Assembly (NCBI GenBank): GCA_965541635.1
Contig: CBEUCN010000002.1
Location: 1 to 59,996 of the forward strand
Source of the DNA: an uncultured bacterium
Lineage (GTDB): Bacteria > Omnitrophota > Gorgyraeia > Kaelpiales > Kaelpiaceae
Direction of reading: 5' to 3'
DNA: 59,996 nt
The notes under the pieces are model-generated. The model was given only the letters and a program-made list of their open reading frames with translations, did no database searches and was not told the origin of the DNA. Position numbers and translations under genes: made by a program. This document shows, in pieces, positions 50,006 through 59,178 of the stretch (positions within the stretch are counted from its first letter, which is position 1; each line of letters opens with the position of its first letter).

Positions 50006-51018
50006 TAAAAGTAGGAATTGCTGGTGCTCGGGGTTATACCGGAAGGGAGTTAATCCGATACCTTTTGAGACATCCCGAGGTGAAAATTACTAGCTTGTGG
50101 GCTCACGAAATTAAACCTCAGGGAGAAATTTTTTCTGATCTCTGTCCGGAATTCAAAGGTCTTTTAGATATAAAAATTAGGCCGTTTTCACCTTCGGAAG
50201 TTAAAAATCTGGATGTGGTTTTTCTGGCTTTACCTCATACTGTCTCCATGAAATTTGTTCCCAAAATAATTGAGAAGGTAAATCTTGTAATTGATCTTTC
50301 TGGAGATTATAGATTAAAAAGTCCTAATGTTTATAAAAAATGGTATAAAGTAACTCACAGTGATTGCAAAAATCTTAGAACAGCAGTTTATGGACTCCCG
50401 GAGATAAATAGAGAAAAAATAAGAAATGCCAGATTAATTGCTAATCCTGGATGTTATCCTTCCGGCATTATTCTCGGGCTTTATCCTCTGGTTAGAGAAA
50501 AGTTAATAGCAAATGTTTCCATAATAGTGGATTCCAAATCAGGAGTATCAGGTGCAGGAAGAAAGAAAGATATTGCTCTTTTATTTGCTGAAGTTAATGA
50601 AGATGTTCGACCTTACAAGATTAATGATCATCAGCATATCCCGGAAATACTTCAGGTGTTGGGAATAAAATCCCAGAAGAAGTTCTCATTTATTCCTCAG
50701 GTTGTGCCTTTGACTCGGGGTATAATCAACATGATTTATATTTTCTTCCCATCACGATTCTCAGAAGATATTTTTTCTATCTATAAAAATTGTTATAAAG
50801 ATGAGCCACTTATAAGAATTTATGGCAAGCAGGAGATACCTCAACTGAAAAATGTGTTGCATACCAGTTTCTGTGACCTGGGATACTTTAACTGGTTAAA
50901 TGAGAGAACCTTTCTGATAATATCCTGTGTTGATAATCTTGGGAAGGGAGCAGCGGGTCAGGCTGTCCACAATATGAACATAGCATTGGGTTTGGAGGAG
51001 ACTTTAGGATTATTATGA
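50002..51018 (+). CDS. argC: N-acetyl-gamma-glutamyl-phosphate reductase
   Basis: MIKVGIAGARGYTG and NPGCYP (active-site Cys). The ATG at 50002 overlaps the uppP stop (ATGA); the track start at 49957 is less likely. Confidence 0.93.
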   Translation: MIKVGIAGARGYTGRELIRYLLRHPEVKITSLWAHEIKPQGEIFSDLCPEFKGLLDIKIRPFSPSEVKNLDVVFLALPHTVSMKFVPKIIEKVNLVIDLSGDYRLKSPNVYKKWYKVTHSDCKNLRTAVYGLPEINREKIRNARLIANPGCYPSGIILGLYPLVREKLIANVSIIVDSKSGVSGAGRKKDIALLFAEVNEDVRPYKINDHQHIPEILQVLGIKSQKKFSFIPQVVPLTRGIINMIYIFFPSRFSEDIFSIYKNCYKDEPLIRIYGKQEIPQLKNVLHTSFCDLGYFNWLNERTFLIISCVDNLGKGAAGQAVHNMNIALGLEETLGLL

Positions 51019-52166
51019 AAGTTCCTCAGGGATATGAGTTCAATGGTATAAGTTGTGGAATTAAAAAAAGGAAAAAAGATCTCGGGATTGTGATCTCTCA
51101 ACAATCTGCAACTGTTGCCGGGGTATTTACAACCAATGAATATAAATCCAATTCTGTATTATTATGCCAGCACTATATTAAAAATTCCAGAGCACGAGTA
51201 TTAATAGTAAATAGTGGTAACGCTAATTGTGCTAATGCTGAAAATGGCTATCAAGCAGCAGAAAAAATTTGTGCTCAGGTTGCCAGAACCTTAAATATTA
51301 AAAATGAGGAAGTTTTGATAGCCTCTACTGGTATAATTGGGGAGCCATTCCCTGAAAATAAAATCATAACAAACCTTAAGAAGTTAATATCTGTTGCCGG
51401 GCACAATAAAGTTATGGATTTTGCCCGAGCGATTATGACCACTGATACCTATCCCAAAATTGCAGCCCGCAATTTAAACTGTGGAGGGATGATACTGGGA
51501 GTGGCTAAGGGAGCAGGTATGATTGCTCCTGAAATGGCTACCACTTTATGCTTTTTGTTTACAGATGTTGGGATAAACCGGAATGTTTTATCTTCTGTTC
51601 TTAGGCAGGCAGTAGATATAACATTTAATAGAATTTCTGTAGATGAAGAGCAGAGCACAAATGATACTTTGTTATGTTTTGCTAATTCTGCCTGTGGAGT
51701 AAAAATAGATACTAGCAGGAAAATAACAGAGTTTAAAAAAGCAATTTCCGGAGTACTTCAGGATTTAGCATATATGATAGTGAGTGATGGTGAGGGGGCG
51801 ACTAAAATTATAAAAATTATGGTGAAGAGAGCAAAAAATTCAAATATTGCTGAAAAAATCGCCAGGAGAATTGCAGGTTCTGTATTATTTAAATCCTCCA
51901 TATATGGGAATTCGCCCAACTGGGGGAGGATTATATCAGCTATTGGTTCTTTAAGACTCGGTATTGGTGAAGAGTTTGATGTCTATTATGGCAGAGAAAA
52001 AGTGGTAACTAATGGAATTAGCCTTTATAAGAAGAGGGGAAAAATAAAGAAATATCTGGAAGATAACTTTGAAATTGATATTACAGTGGATTTGAAAAAA
52101 GGCAGGGCAGATTATTTTCTATATACCACAGATTTATCCCCTGAATATGTGAGGTTAAATAGTTGA
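51015..52166 (+). CDS. argJ: Bifunctional ornithine acetyltransferase / N-acetylglutamate synthase
   Basis: KGAGMIAPEMATTLCFLFTD self-cleavage region and IMTTDTYPK. Confidence 0.93.
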   Translation: MKVPQGYEFNGISCGIKKRKKDLGIVISQQSATVAGVFTTNEYKSNSVLLCQHYIKNSRARVLIVNSGNANCANAENGYQAAEKICAQVARTLNIKNEEVLIASTGIIGEPFPENKIITNLKKLISVAGHNKVMDFARAIMTTDTYPKIAARNLNCGGMILGVAKGAGMIAPEMATTLCFLFTDVGINRNVLSSVLRQAVDITFNRISVDEEQSTNDTLLCFANSACGVKIDTSRKITEFKKAISGVLQDLAYMIVSDGEGATKIIKIMVKRAKNSNIAEKIARRIAGSVLFKSSIYGNSPNWGRIISAIGSLRLGIGEEFDVYYGREKVVTNGISLYKKRGKIKKYLEDNFEIDITVDLKKGRADYFLYTTDLSPEYVRLNS

Positions 52167-53014
52167 TGGAGGAATACATTAAGAAGGCGGGAATTCTGGT
52201 AGAGGCATTTCCCTATATTAAACAGTTTAAGGGAAAAGTTGTGGTCATAAAATACGGGGGAAGGGCGCTTTTAAGTGAGCAGGCAAAAAAAAATATTTTG
52301 GAGGATATAGCCTTCCTTTCTATTGTAGGCATAAAACCAGTAATTGTCCATGGTGGAGGATATAGAATTACTGAAAGGATAGCCAGGCAGGGAGGAAAAA
52401 CTAAATTCATCGCTGGCAAAAGAGTCACTGACAAAAAGACATTAAGAGTAGTTTATGATGTTCTTGTGGAAGTAAATCAGGAACTGGTGACAGAACTTTC
52501 TAAGTTGGATGTAAAAGCTGTAGGTATTGATTCCAAGGAGAGAGATGTAATTCGAGCCCAGCAGGAGTTAAAAAAACTGGGCTATGTTGGCAGGATAAAA
52601 GAGATAAAAAAACAGGTGTTTTTAAATTATCTCAGGAAAAACTGGATTCCAGTGGTAATGCCAGTGGGGAGAGATGAAAAGGGTAATATTTATAATATAA
52701 ATGCTGATGATGTTGCCTGTGATTTAGCAATAGAATTAAAAGCAGAGAAGCTGGTTCTATTAACAGATGTTAAGGGGATTCTCAGGGAAAAAGGGAATGA
52801 GGAAAGTTTAATTTCTACCCTGCATGCTAAGGATGTGAACGAGTTAATTAAAATTGGGGCTATAAGTGGAGGTATGATTCCTAAAGTTCAGGCTTGTCTT
52901 AAAGCCCTAGAGAATGGAGTGAAAAAGACTCACATCCTCGATGGTCGAATCCCTCATGTTATTTTGCTGGAGGTATTTACTACAGAGGGTGTAGGGACTG
53001 AAATTGTGAGATAA
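52163..53014 (+). CDS. argB: Acetylglutamate kinase
   Basis: VVVIKYGGRAL, VIVHGGG, NINADDVA and GGMIPKV. Confidence 0.94.
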   Translation: MMEEYIKKAGILVEAFPYIKQFKGKVVVIKYGGRALLSEQAKKNILEDIAFLSIVGIKPVIVHGGGYRITERIARQGGKTKFIAGKRVTDKKTLRVVYDVLVEVNQELVTELSKLDVKAVGIDSKERDVIRAQQELKKLGYVGRIKEIKKQVFLNYLRKNWIPVVMPVGRDEKGNIYNINADDVACDLAIELKAEKLVLLTDVKGILREKGNEESLISTLHAKDVNELIKIGAISGGMIPKVQACLKALENGVKKTHILDGRIPHVILLEVFTTEGVGTEIVR

Positions 53015-53015
53015 C

Positions 53016-53702
53016 TTGCAGGCAGTAGTTCTGGCAGCGGGAGAAGGTAAGAGGTTAAGAAAATATTTTCCAAGGTTTATCAAACCGTTAGTTCCAGTTA
53101 ATGGTCGCCCTCTGGTAACTTACACTCTGAATAAAATTATCACAGCAGGTATAGGAGAAATTTATGTGGTAATAAGACCAGAATATGAACGTCCATTCAT
53201 ACAGATTCTGAAAGATTATCCTGTGAAATATCTATATCAGAGAAAACCAGAAGGCACAGCTAAAGCAGTTCTATCTGGGGAGAGAGTGATAAAAAGAGAC
53301 TTTCTTTTAAGTTATTGTGACTTAATTACAAATTTCAATTACAGGCGTCTCATTGAATTTCATAATAAGTTTAAACCTCTTGCCACTCTAGTGGTTAAAA
53401 AAGATCATAAACGGGATAATGAGGTGATTGTAAAAGGGCACAGAGTAATTAAAATAGTTGAAAAGCCCAAAAAATCATTTTCAGAATATACCGCAATTGG
53501 TGTTATGTGTTTATCTCCCAAAATTTTTAAATACCTGAAAAAGGTAAATCTTGGCATAGACAGAGAGTATCATCTTCCTAGTGCTATTAACATGGCCATA
53601 AGGGAGAAAGAGGCAGTTTACGCCCTCAGGACTTCTGCCTTCAGGATAAATTTAAATACCAAGAAAGATATAGATAATGTTACTGATAGGATTAATAAAT
53701 AA
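53016..53702 (+). CDS. Sugar-phosphate nucleotidyltransferase family protein
   Basis: AVVLAAGEGKRL N-terminal signature, Rossmann-like GT-A fold pattern, TTG start. Confidence 0.7.
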   Translation: MQAVVLAAGEGKRLRKYFPRFIKPLVPVNGRPLVTYTLNKIITAGIGEIYVVIRPEYERPFIQILKDYPVKYLYQRKPEGTAKAVLSGERVIKRDFLLSYCDLITNFNYRRLIEFHNKFKPLATLVVKKDHKRDNEVIVKGHRVIKIVEKPKKSFSEYTAIGVMCLSPKIFKYLKKVNLGIDREYHLPSAINMAIREKEAVYALRTSAFRINLNTKKDIDNVTDRINK

Positions 53703-54241
53703 ACTTTAATGCTTTTTAGTTTCCAAGAAATAGTTTAATCTTGTGTGGTAAAGGCAGATGGTAAACATTTATTTCAAGGTTGTTCATTTCATTTATTGTT
53801 AACCATTCTAATACTTTCTTAACTCCTAAATGTTACATAATTGTCGTCGACGGTTTTGTCACATTTATGGGGGATATTTTTGGGGATCTTTTTCTTATCT
53901 TTTGAACCTTCCCGCCATACATAACAACTTAGCCATTTTACGGTATAGTTATAATCAAGAAATTTTAACGGGAGGAGGTGTCATTTTTTTAAGTAAACCT
54001 GTGTCCTTGAGGAAATCCACATATCTTTTCCATTTGATTTTAAGCGATTCATTTTCAACTTAAGAGTAGTATTTGGCTTTTGGCTTTCTTTACATGGAGG
54101 AGATAGTTATTTTTGACTAATGTTTTATTTTTTCAAAAAGTTCTTTACTCAAGTAAGATAATTTAATTTTATTACTCCATAATATACTTGTATCAGGTGT
54201 ATACCATATATCTTTACTGTTTTGATTTTTTAGAAAAGGGC

Positions 54242-54270
54242 TTGACAAAGTTAGGAATTCTTAATATAAT
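54242..54270 (+). promoter_or_regulatory. Consensus sigma70-type promoter of the dtxR-feoAB operon
   Basis: TTGACA (54242-54247), exactly 17 nt, TATAAT (54265-54270); 27 nt upstream of the ATG, with a GGAGG SD between. Confidence 0.7.
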
Positions 54271-54283
54271 TAGGCTTACCTAA
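54251..54283. promoter_or_regulatory. Two DtxR/IdeR-like operator palindromes overlapping the promoter
   Basis: TTAGGAATTCTTAA (54251-54264, inside the spacer) and TTAGGCTTACCTAA (54270-54283, over the -10 and start region). TTAGG/CCTAA half-sites match the remembered IdeR/DtxR box TTAGGTTAGGCTAACCTAA. Confidence 0.5.
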
Positions 54284-54297
54284 CAAGGAGGCGAGAA

Positions 54298-55023
54298 ATG
54301 GTAAAGAATGTTTTAACTATCAGTCCTTCATTGGAAGATTATCTGGAGAGTATTTTTGTGATTAAACAAAAAAAGCAGACAGTGAGGGTTAAAGATTTAG
54401 CCAGACACTTAAAGGTTAAGGCTCCTTCAGTGGTTGAGGTTTTAAGAAAACTTAAAGAGAAGAATTTAATAGTGCATGAATACTACGGATATATTGAGTT
54501 AACTCAGGAAGGCATTAATAAAGCAAAGGCTCTTTATGAAAGGCATATTATGCTTAAAAAATTTCTTCACCAGATTTTAGGAATAGATGAAGAGATTGCT
54601 GAAGAAGATGCCTGCAGGATTGAACATTATTTGAGTAAAGAAACTCTTGAAAGGATCGTTAAGTTTATAGATTTTATTGAGACCTGCCCACAGGGTGTGC
54701 CTGAATGGTTAAACAACTTTTACTATTTTGTCAAACATAAGAAAAGACCCCCTGAATGCAGAGCCAAATTTTTGGAGCAGAGTTCTCAAAATAAGACAGT
54801 TAAATTAAGTGACTTAAAAGTTGGCACTGAAGCAAAAATAGTAAAAATAACGGATACCGGAGTTTTAAAAAGTAAACTTTTAGGTTTAGGATTTGTAAAA
54901 GGTGAGATAGTTAAAATAGAAAAAGTCGCTCCTTTAGGTTCCCCTATAGATGTTTTGATAAAAAATACCCACATAAGTTTAAGGAAGGAAGAAGCAGAAA
55001 AAGTGATTGTTGAGATTTTATGA
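54298..55023 (+). CDS. DtxR/IdeR family metal-dependent repressor with C-terminal FeoA/SH3-like domain
   Basis: N-terminal wHTH LEDYLESIFVI...VRVKDLARHLKVKAPSVVEVLRKLKEKNLI, a dimerisation/metal domain, and a FeoA-like tail (LSDLKVGTEAKIVKI...GEIVKIEKVAPLGSPI). Confidence 0.85.
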   Translation: MVKNVLTISPSLEDYLESIFVIKQKKQTVRVKDLARHLKVKAPSVVEVLRKLKEKNLIVHEYYGYIELTQEGINKAKALYERHIMLKKFLHQILGIDEEIAEEDACRIEHYLSKETLERIVKFIDFIETCPQGVPEWLNNFYYFVKHKKRPPECRAKFLEQSSQNKTVKLSDLKVGTEAKIVKITDTGVLKSKLLGLGFVKGEIVKIEKVAPLGSPIDVLIKNTHISLRKEEAEKVIVEIL

Positions 55024-55256
55024 TGCCTTTGGCAATGGTGGAAGAGAATAAGTTAGTAAAAATTATAAGGATAGCTGGAGGAAGAGGTTTTGTATCAAGA
55101 CTTATGAATATGGGGATAAATGAGGGAGAAATTGTAAAGGTGTTAAATAACACAAGAGGGCCTGTTCTAATTTCCTTAGGTAATTCAAGGATAGCTTTAG
55201 GCAGAGGTGCTTCTTTTAGAATTTTTGTTGAATATGTAAAGAAGGGAAAAAAATGA
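55020..55256 (+). CDS. feoA: Ferrous iron transport protein A
   Basis: 78 aa: [31 protein letters not shown]...[17 protein letters not shown]. Confidence 0.85.
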   Translation: MMPLAMVEENKLVKIIRIAGGRGFVSRLMNMGINEGEIVKVLNNTRGPVLISLGNSRIALGRGASFRIFVEYVKKGKK

Positions 55257-57259
55257 GTTATAAAATTGCTTTAGCAGGGAACCCTAATTCAGGAAAAACC
55301 ACAGTATTTAATTCTCTTTGTGGAGCAAGAGAAAAAATAGGAAACTGGCCGGGAACTACAGTTGAGAAAAAGCAGGGATATTTTACTCATCAGGATGAAA
55401 AAATAGAGGTTGTGGATTTACCGGGAACTTATAGTTTAAGTGCTTATTCTATTGATGAAAGAATAGCCCGAGATTTTTTAATTAAAGAGAAACCGGATTT
55501 AGTTGTTTGCGTAATTGATGCTTCCAACTTAGAGAGAAATCTTTATCTTGTAATTCAACTTCTGGAAATGGGACAGCCTGTTCTTTTAGACTTAAATATG
55601 ATGGATATGGTAGAAAAAGCTAATATAAAAATTGATATCCCAAAACTTTCAAAGATTTTAAGAATAGATATTGTAGAGACTGTTGCCTCAAAAGGAAAAG
55701 GTATCAGAGATTTAAAAGAAAAAATTATAGAAAATTTGAAAAGAAATGAAAAGGAATCTTTCAAAATAGATTATCAAAACTTAGAAAGTGCAATAGAAGA
55801 AATAACCTTACTTATTAAAGATAAAGAAATGTTCTTGGATATACCTTCAAGAGCTGTAGCTATAAGAGTTCTGGAACAGGATTTTGATCTATTGAATGAA
55901 ATAAAAAACACTATACCGCACATTGAAGAAGTAAAAAATAAAACAGAAAAAGAGATCTCAAAACTCACAGGCGAAGATTTAGAAACATTTATAATAGAAA
56001 GAAGATATGCTTTCCTAAAAGGTGTGGTTAAAGAATGTGTTAAAAAAGAAATATCTTTAGAGGCTCGTTTTACTTTCTCGGATAAACTGGATAAAGTATT
56101 AACAAATCGCGTTTTGGGAATTCCTCTATTTTTATTTTTTATGTATTTATTATTTCAGATGGTATTTACTCTGGGTTCACCTATTGCTGATTTAATTGAT
56201 GGATTTTTTGGTAAATTAGCTGAAAGCGCTAAACTATTTTTTGAAAATCAAAATCTTCCTGGCTGGCTTGGTTCTTTAGTATCTGATGGAATAATCAGTG
56301 GGGTAGGTTCGGTTCTGGTTTTTCTGCCCAATATTATGCTTTTATTTTTGGGAATATCAATTTTAGAGGATTCCGGGTATTTAGCAAGGGCAGCTTTTGT
56401 TATGGATAGATTTATGCATGCTTTAGGACTACATGGGAAATCGTTTATCCCTATGCTTTTAGGATTTGGATGCAATATTCCAGGAATTATGGCAACAAGG
56501 ACTCTGGAATCAAGAAAAGACAGGATTTTAACGATTCTGGTTAACCCTTTGATGAGTTGTTCAGCACGTCTTCCGGTCTATACCCTTTTTGCCTCTGCTT
56601 TTTTCCCTAAGCATCAGGGATTGGTTGTATTCTCTTTATATCTTTTAGGTATAGTTTTAGCAATTTTTGTAGCCAAGGTTTTTAAACATATATTCTTTAA
56701 GGGAGAAGTTTCTCCTTTGGTTATGGAACTTCCGCCTTACAGAGTTCCAACAATAAGAAATGTTCTTTTGTCTATGTGGACGAGGTCTTCTTTATTTGTG
56801 AAAAAGGCAGGAACAATTATATTCCTGGCAGTTGTGCTTGTTTGGCTTTTATCCAGCCTTCCTTTGGGGGTTGAATACGCAGGAGGGAGTTCTTTGATTG
56901 GTAAGTTGGGTAAAATTTTAGCTCCTTTATTTAAACCAGCAGGATTCGGTTTCTGGCAGGCAGCAGTTGCTCTTTTATTTGGAATTTTAGCAAAAGAGGT
57001 TGTGGTAGGAACTCTGGGAACTTTATATGGAGCATCTGAAGAAAGTTTAAAAGAAGTTTTATTAGAGCAGTTTAGCCCTTTATCTGCTTATGCATTTTTG
57101 ATTATGACTTTGATTTACATTCCTTGTATTGCTTCAATTGCTACCATAAAAAGGGAAACAAACTGGAAATGGACTGCTTTGGCTGTATCCTATAGTTTAA
57201 TCTTAGGATGGGTTTTAAGTGTTCTTTTCTATCAGATAGGGAGATTATTTACAGGCTAA
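55253..57259 (+). CDS. feoB: Ferrous iron transporter B
   Basis: G-domain [13 protein letters not shown] and DLPGTYSL, followed by a polytopic gate domain; 668 aa. Confidence 0.96.
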   Translation: MSYKIALAGNPNSGKTTVFNSLCGAREKIGNWPGTTVEKKQGYFTHQDEKIEVVDLPGTYSLSAYSIDERIARDFLIKEKPDLVVCVIDASNLERNLYLVIQLLEMGQPVLLDLNMMDMVEKANIKIDIPKLSKILRIDIVETVASKGKGIRDLKEKIIENLKRNEKESFKIDYQNLESAIEEITLLIKDKEMFLDIPSRAVAIRVLEQDFDLLNEIKNTIPHIEEVKNKTEKEISKLTGEDLETFIIERRYAFLKGVVKECVKKEISLEARFTFSDKLDKVLTNRVLGIPLFLFFMYLLFQMVFTLGSPIADLIDGFFGKLAESAKLFFENQNLPGWLGSLVSDGIISGVGSVLVFLPNIMLLFLGISILEDSGYLARAAFVMDRFMHALGLHGKSFIPMLLGFGCNIPGIMATRTLESRKDRILTILVNPLMSCSARLPVYTLFASAFFPKHQGLVVFSLYLLGIVLAIFVAKVFKHIFFKGEVSPLVMELPPYRVPTIRNVLLSMWTRSSLFVKKAGTIIFLAVVLVWLLSSLPLGVEYAGGSSLIGKLGKILAPLFKPAGFGFWQAAVALLFGILAKEVVVGTLGTLYGASEESLKEVLLEQFSPLSAYAFLIMTLIYIPCIASIATIKRETNWKWTALAVSYSLILGWVLSVLFYQIGRLFTG

Positions 57260-57277
57260 ATTTTTTTGAATGAAATG

Positions 57278-57291
57278 TTAGGCAAGCCTAA
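57278..57291. promoter_or_regulatory. Third DtxR-like box, perfect 14-bp palindrome ahead of the TonB receptor gene
   Basis: TTAGGCAAGCCTAA lies 15 nt upstream of the ATG at 57307, in the 47-bp feoB-receptor spacer. Confidence 0.45.
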
Positions 57292-57306
57292 AAAAGGAGG
57301 TGCAAG

Positions 57307-59163
57307 ATGAAGGTTTGCAAATTTCTGGCAGTAGCAATTTTACTTAGTTTAAGTTTAAATCAGGCAGAATCTCAAGAGAAAGCATTTAATTTAGGCCAGG
57401 TTATAGTTACTGCTACAAAGACAGAACATACTCTTGGTGATGTGCCGGTTGAAGCAGTAGTAATTACCAAAGAAGAGATTAAAACTAAAAATATCAAAAC
57501 AGTTCAGGATGCTTTGAAGTATCTGACAGGTATAAAGATTAACAAAAGTTGTGGTAGTTGGGGAAATAAAGGAAATGTTGAGATGCTGGGATTTGAAGCA
57601 AAACATACCCTGATTTTGGTAGATGGACAGAGAATTTTGGGTGGACACGATGCAATTGACTTACAGCAAATTCCTATAGAGGCGGTAGAAAGAATTGAAG
57701 TTGTAAAAGGTCCTGCTTCTGCTTTATATGGAAGCGATGCTATAGGAGGAGTAATTAACATCATTACTAAATCTGCACCGGAAAAACCTTTTGTATCTTT
57801 ATCTACTTCCTTTGGTAGTCGCAAAACTCAAGTGCATGAAGTAAGTGCTGGAGGTAAAAAGGATAAGTTTGGTGCATTTTTTAATTATACCTATAGGGAA
57901 TCTGATGGTGTGCATCCTGAATATATTGACAGTTATAATAAAAAACAAAGTGATTGGTACGAAGAGAATATTTTTCAGGGAAGTTTTCAGTATGAATTTA
58001 CTCCCCAATCAAAGTTAACACTAAAGCCTTATTATTCTGAGCATAAAATGAAAAGTGGGATTTCCGCTACGGAAATGCAGAATCGTATTCAAGAAAGATT
58101 TAGCCTTAACTCTATCTGGGAATGGACTCCTGATGAATTATCTAAATTAAAATTAAGAGGCTCCTGGTTTAATTACAAACACTGGACTACTGATAAATCC
58201 TCAGATTGGGAAGACGATTCATATGAAATAGAGATAAATTATAGCCGGCAAATTTTGGATATTCATACTCTAACCTGTGGCTATCATTATCACAAGGAAG
58301 AAGTAGATGATAAAGGTAAAGTCTATAAAGCAGACCAGACTCTTCACAGCTTCTTCATTCAGGATGAGATAGATTTTTCACCTTTTATTTTTGTTTTAGG
58401 AACGCGTATAGATGACCATGATAAATGGGGAACAGAAGTCAATCCTAAAGCAAGTCTGCTTTATAAGGTGAGTGAGGATTTTAAATTAAGAGCATCTGTA
58501 GGAAGAGCTTTCAGAGGTCCTACTTTAGTTAAACTCTATGCAGATAACTGGAGGATGGGACCCTATCTTGTCCATAAAAATCCTGATTTAAAGCCAGAGA
58601 AATCTGTTGGTTATCAGGTAGGTGCTGAATATAAATTCTCCGAAAAACTTTTAGCTAAATTATCTTATTTCAGAAATGAGATTGAGGATTTGATAGATGC
58701 TAAATATACACCACGAGTTGGTTGGCCATCCTATGATCTATACTGGGAAAATGTAGATAAAGCAATGACTCAGGGGATAGAGTTAAGCTTAGCTGTTCAA
58801 ATTAAAGATAATTTAACTGCAAGACTGGGATATACTTTTTTGGATACCGAAGATAAAAACACAAAAAAAGAACTTACCTATAAACCAAAACATAAGTTGA
58901 CTCTGGAATTTAACTGGATAATTCCTGAAATTGGTCTCAATTTAAATCTTGAAGGTGAATATATTGGAAAAAGATATGCTGATGAAGCAAATACCAACAG
59001 ATTAGGAGGTTATACTATATTTAATCTCACCTTAACCAAAGATATCGGAAAGAATATTTCTATTTTTGCGCGTGTGGATAATATCTTTGGTAAGAAAGAT
59101 ATCTATGATGAGTATGATATAGACGGCACAGAATTTCTGGGTGGAGTAAAAGTAAAATTCTAA
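57307..59163 (+). CDS. TonB-dependent outer membrane receptor
   Basis: Signal peptide. Plug motifs VIVTATKTE, VDGQRI and IERIEVVKGPASALYGSDAIGGVINIITK. Beta-barrel body ending in an aromatic C-terminal KVKF. Confidence 0.9.
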   Translation: MKVCKFLAVAILLSLSLNQAESQEKAFNLGQVIVTATKTEHTLGDVPVEAVVITKEEIKTKNIKTVQDALKYLTGIKINKSCGSWGNKGNVEMLGFEAKHTLILVDGQRILGGHDAIDLQQIPIEAVERIEVVKGPASALYGSDAIGGVINIITKSAPEKPFVSLSTSFGSRKTQVHEVSAGGKKDKFGAFFNYTYRESDGVHPEYIDSYNKKQSDWYEENIFQGSFQYEFTPQSKLTLKPYYSEHKMKSGISATEMQNRIQERFSLNSIWEWTPDELSKLKLRGSWFNYKHWTTDKSSDWEDDSYEIEINYSRQILDIHTLTCGYHYHKEEVDDKGKVYKADQTLHSFFIQDEIDFSPFIFVLGTRIDDHDKWGTEVNPKASLLYKVSEDFKLRASVGRAFRGPTLVKLYADNWRMGPYLVHKNPDLKPEKSVGYQVGAEYKFSEKLLAKLSYFRNEIEDLIDAKYTPRVGWPSYDLYWENVDKAMTQGIELSLAVQIKDNLTARLGYTFLDTEDKNTKKELTYKPKHKLTLEFNWIIPEIGLNLNLEGEYIGKRYADEANTNRLGGYTIFNLTLTKDIGKNISIFARVDNIFGKKDIYDEYDIDGTEFLGGVKVKF

Positions 59164-59178
59164 AAAAGGAGGTGCAAG

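Noticed and set aside
53830-54063. 77-aa plus-strand ORF in the large gap
   Set aside because: No SD, an odd Cys/Phe/Tyr-rich composition, no recognisable family, and it sits in a region that looks like decayed sequence.
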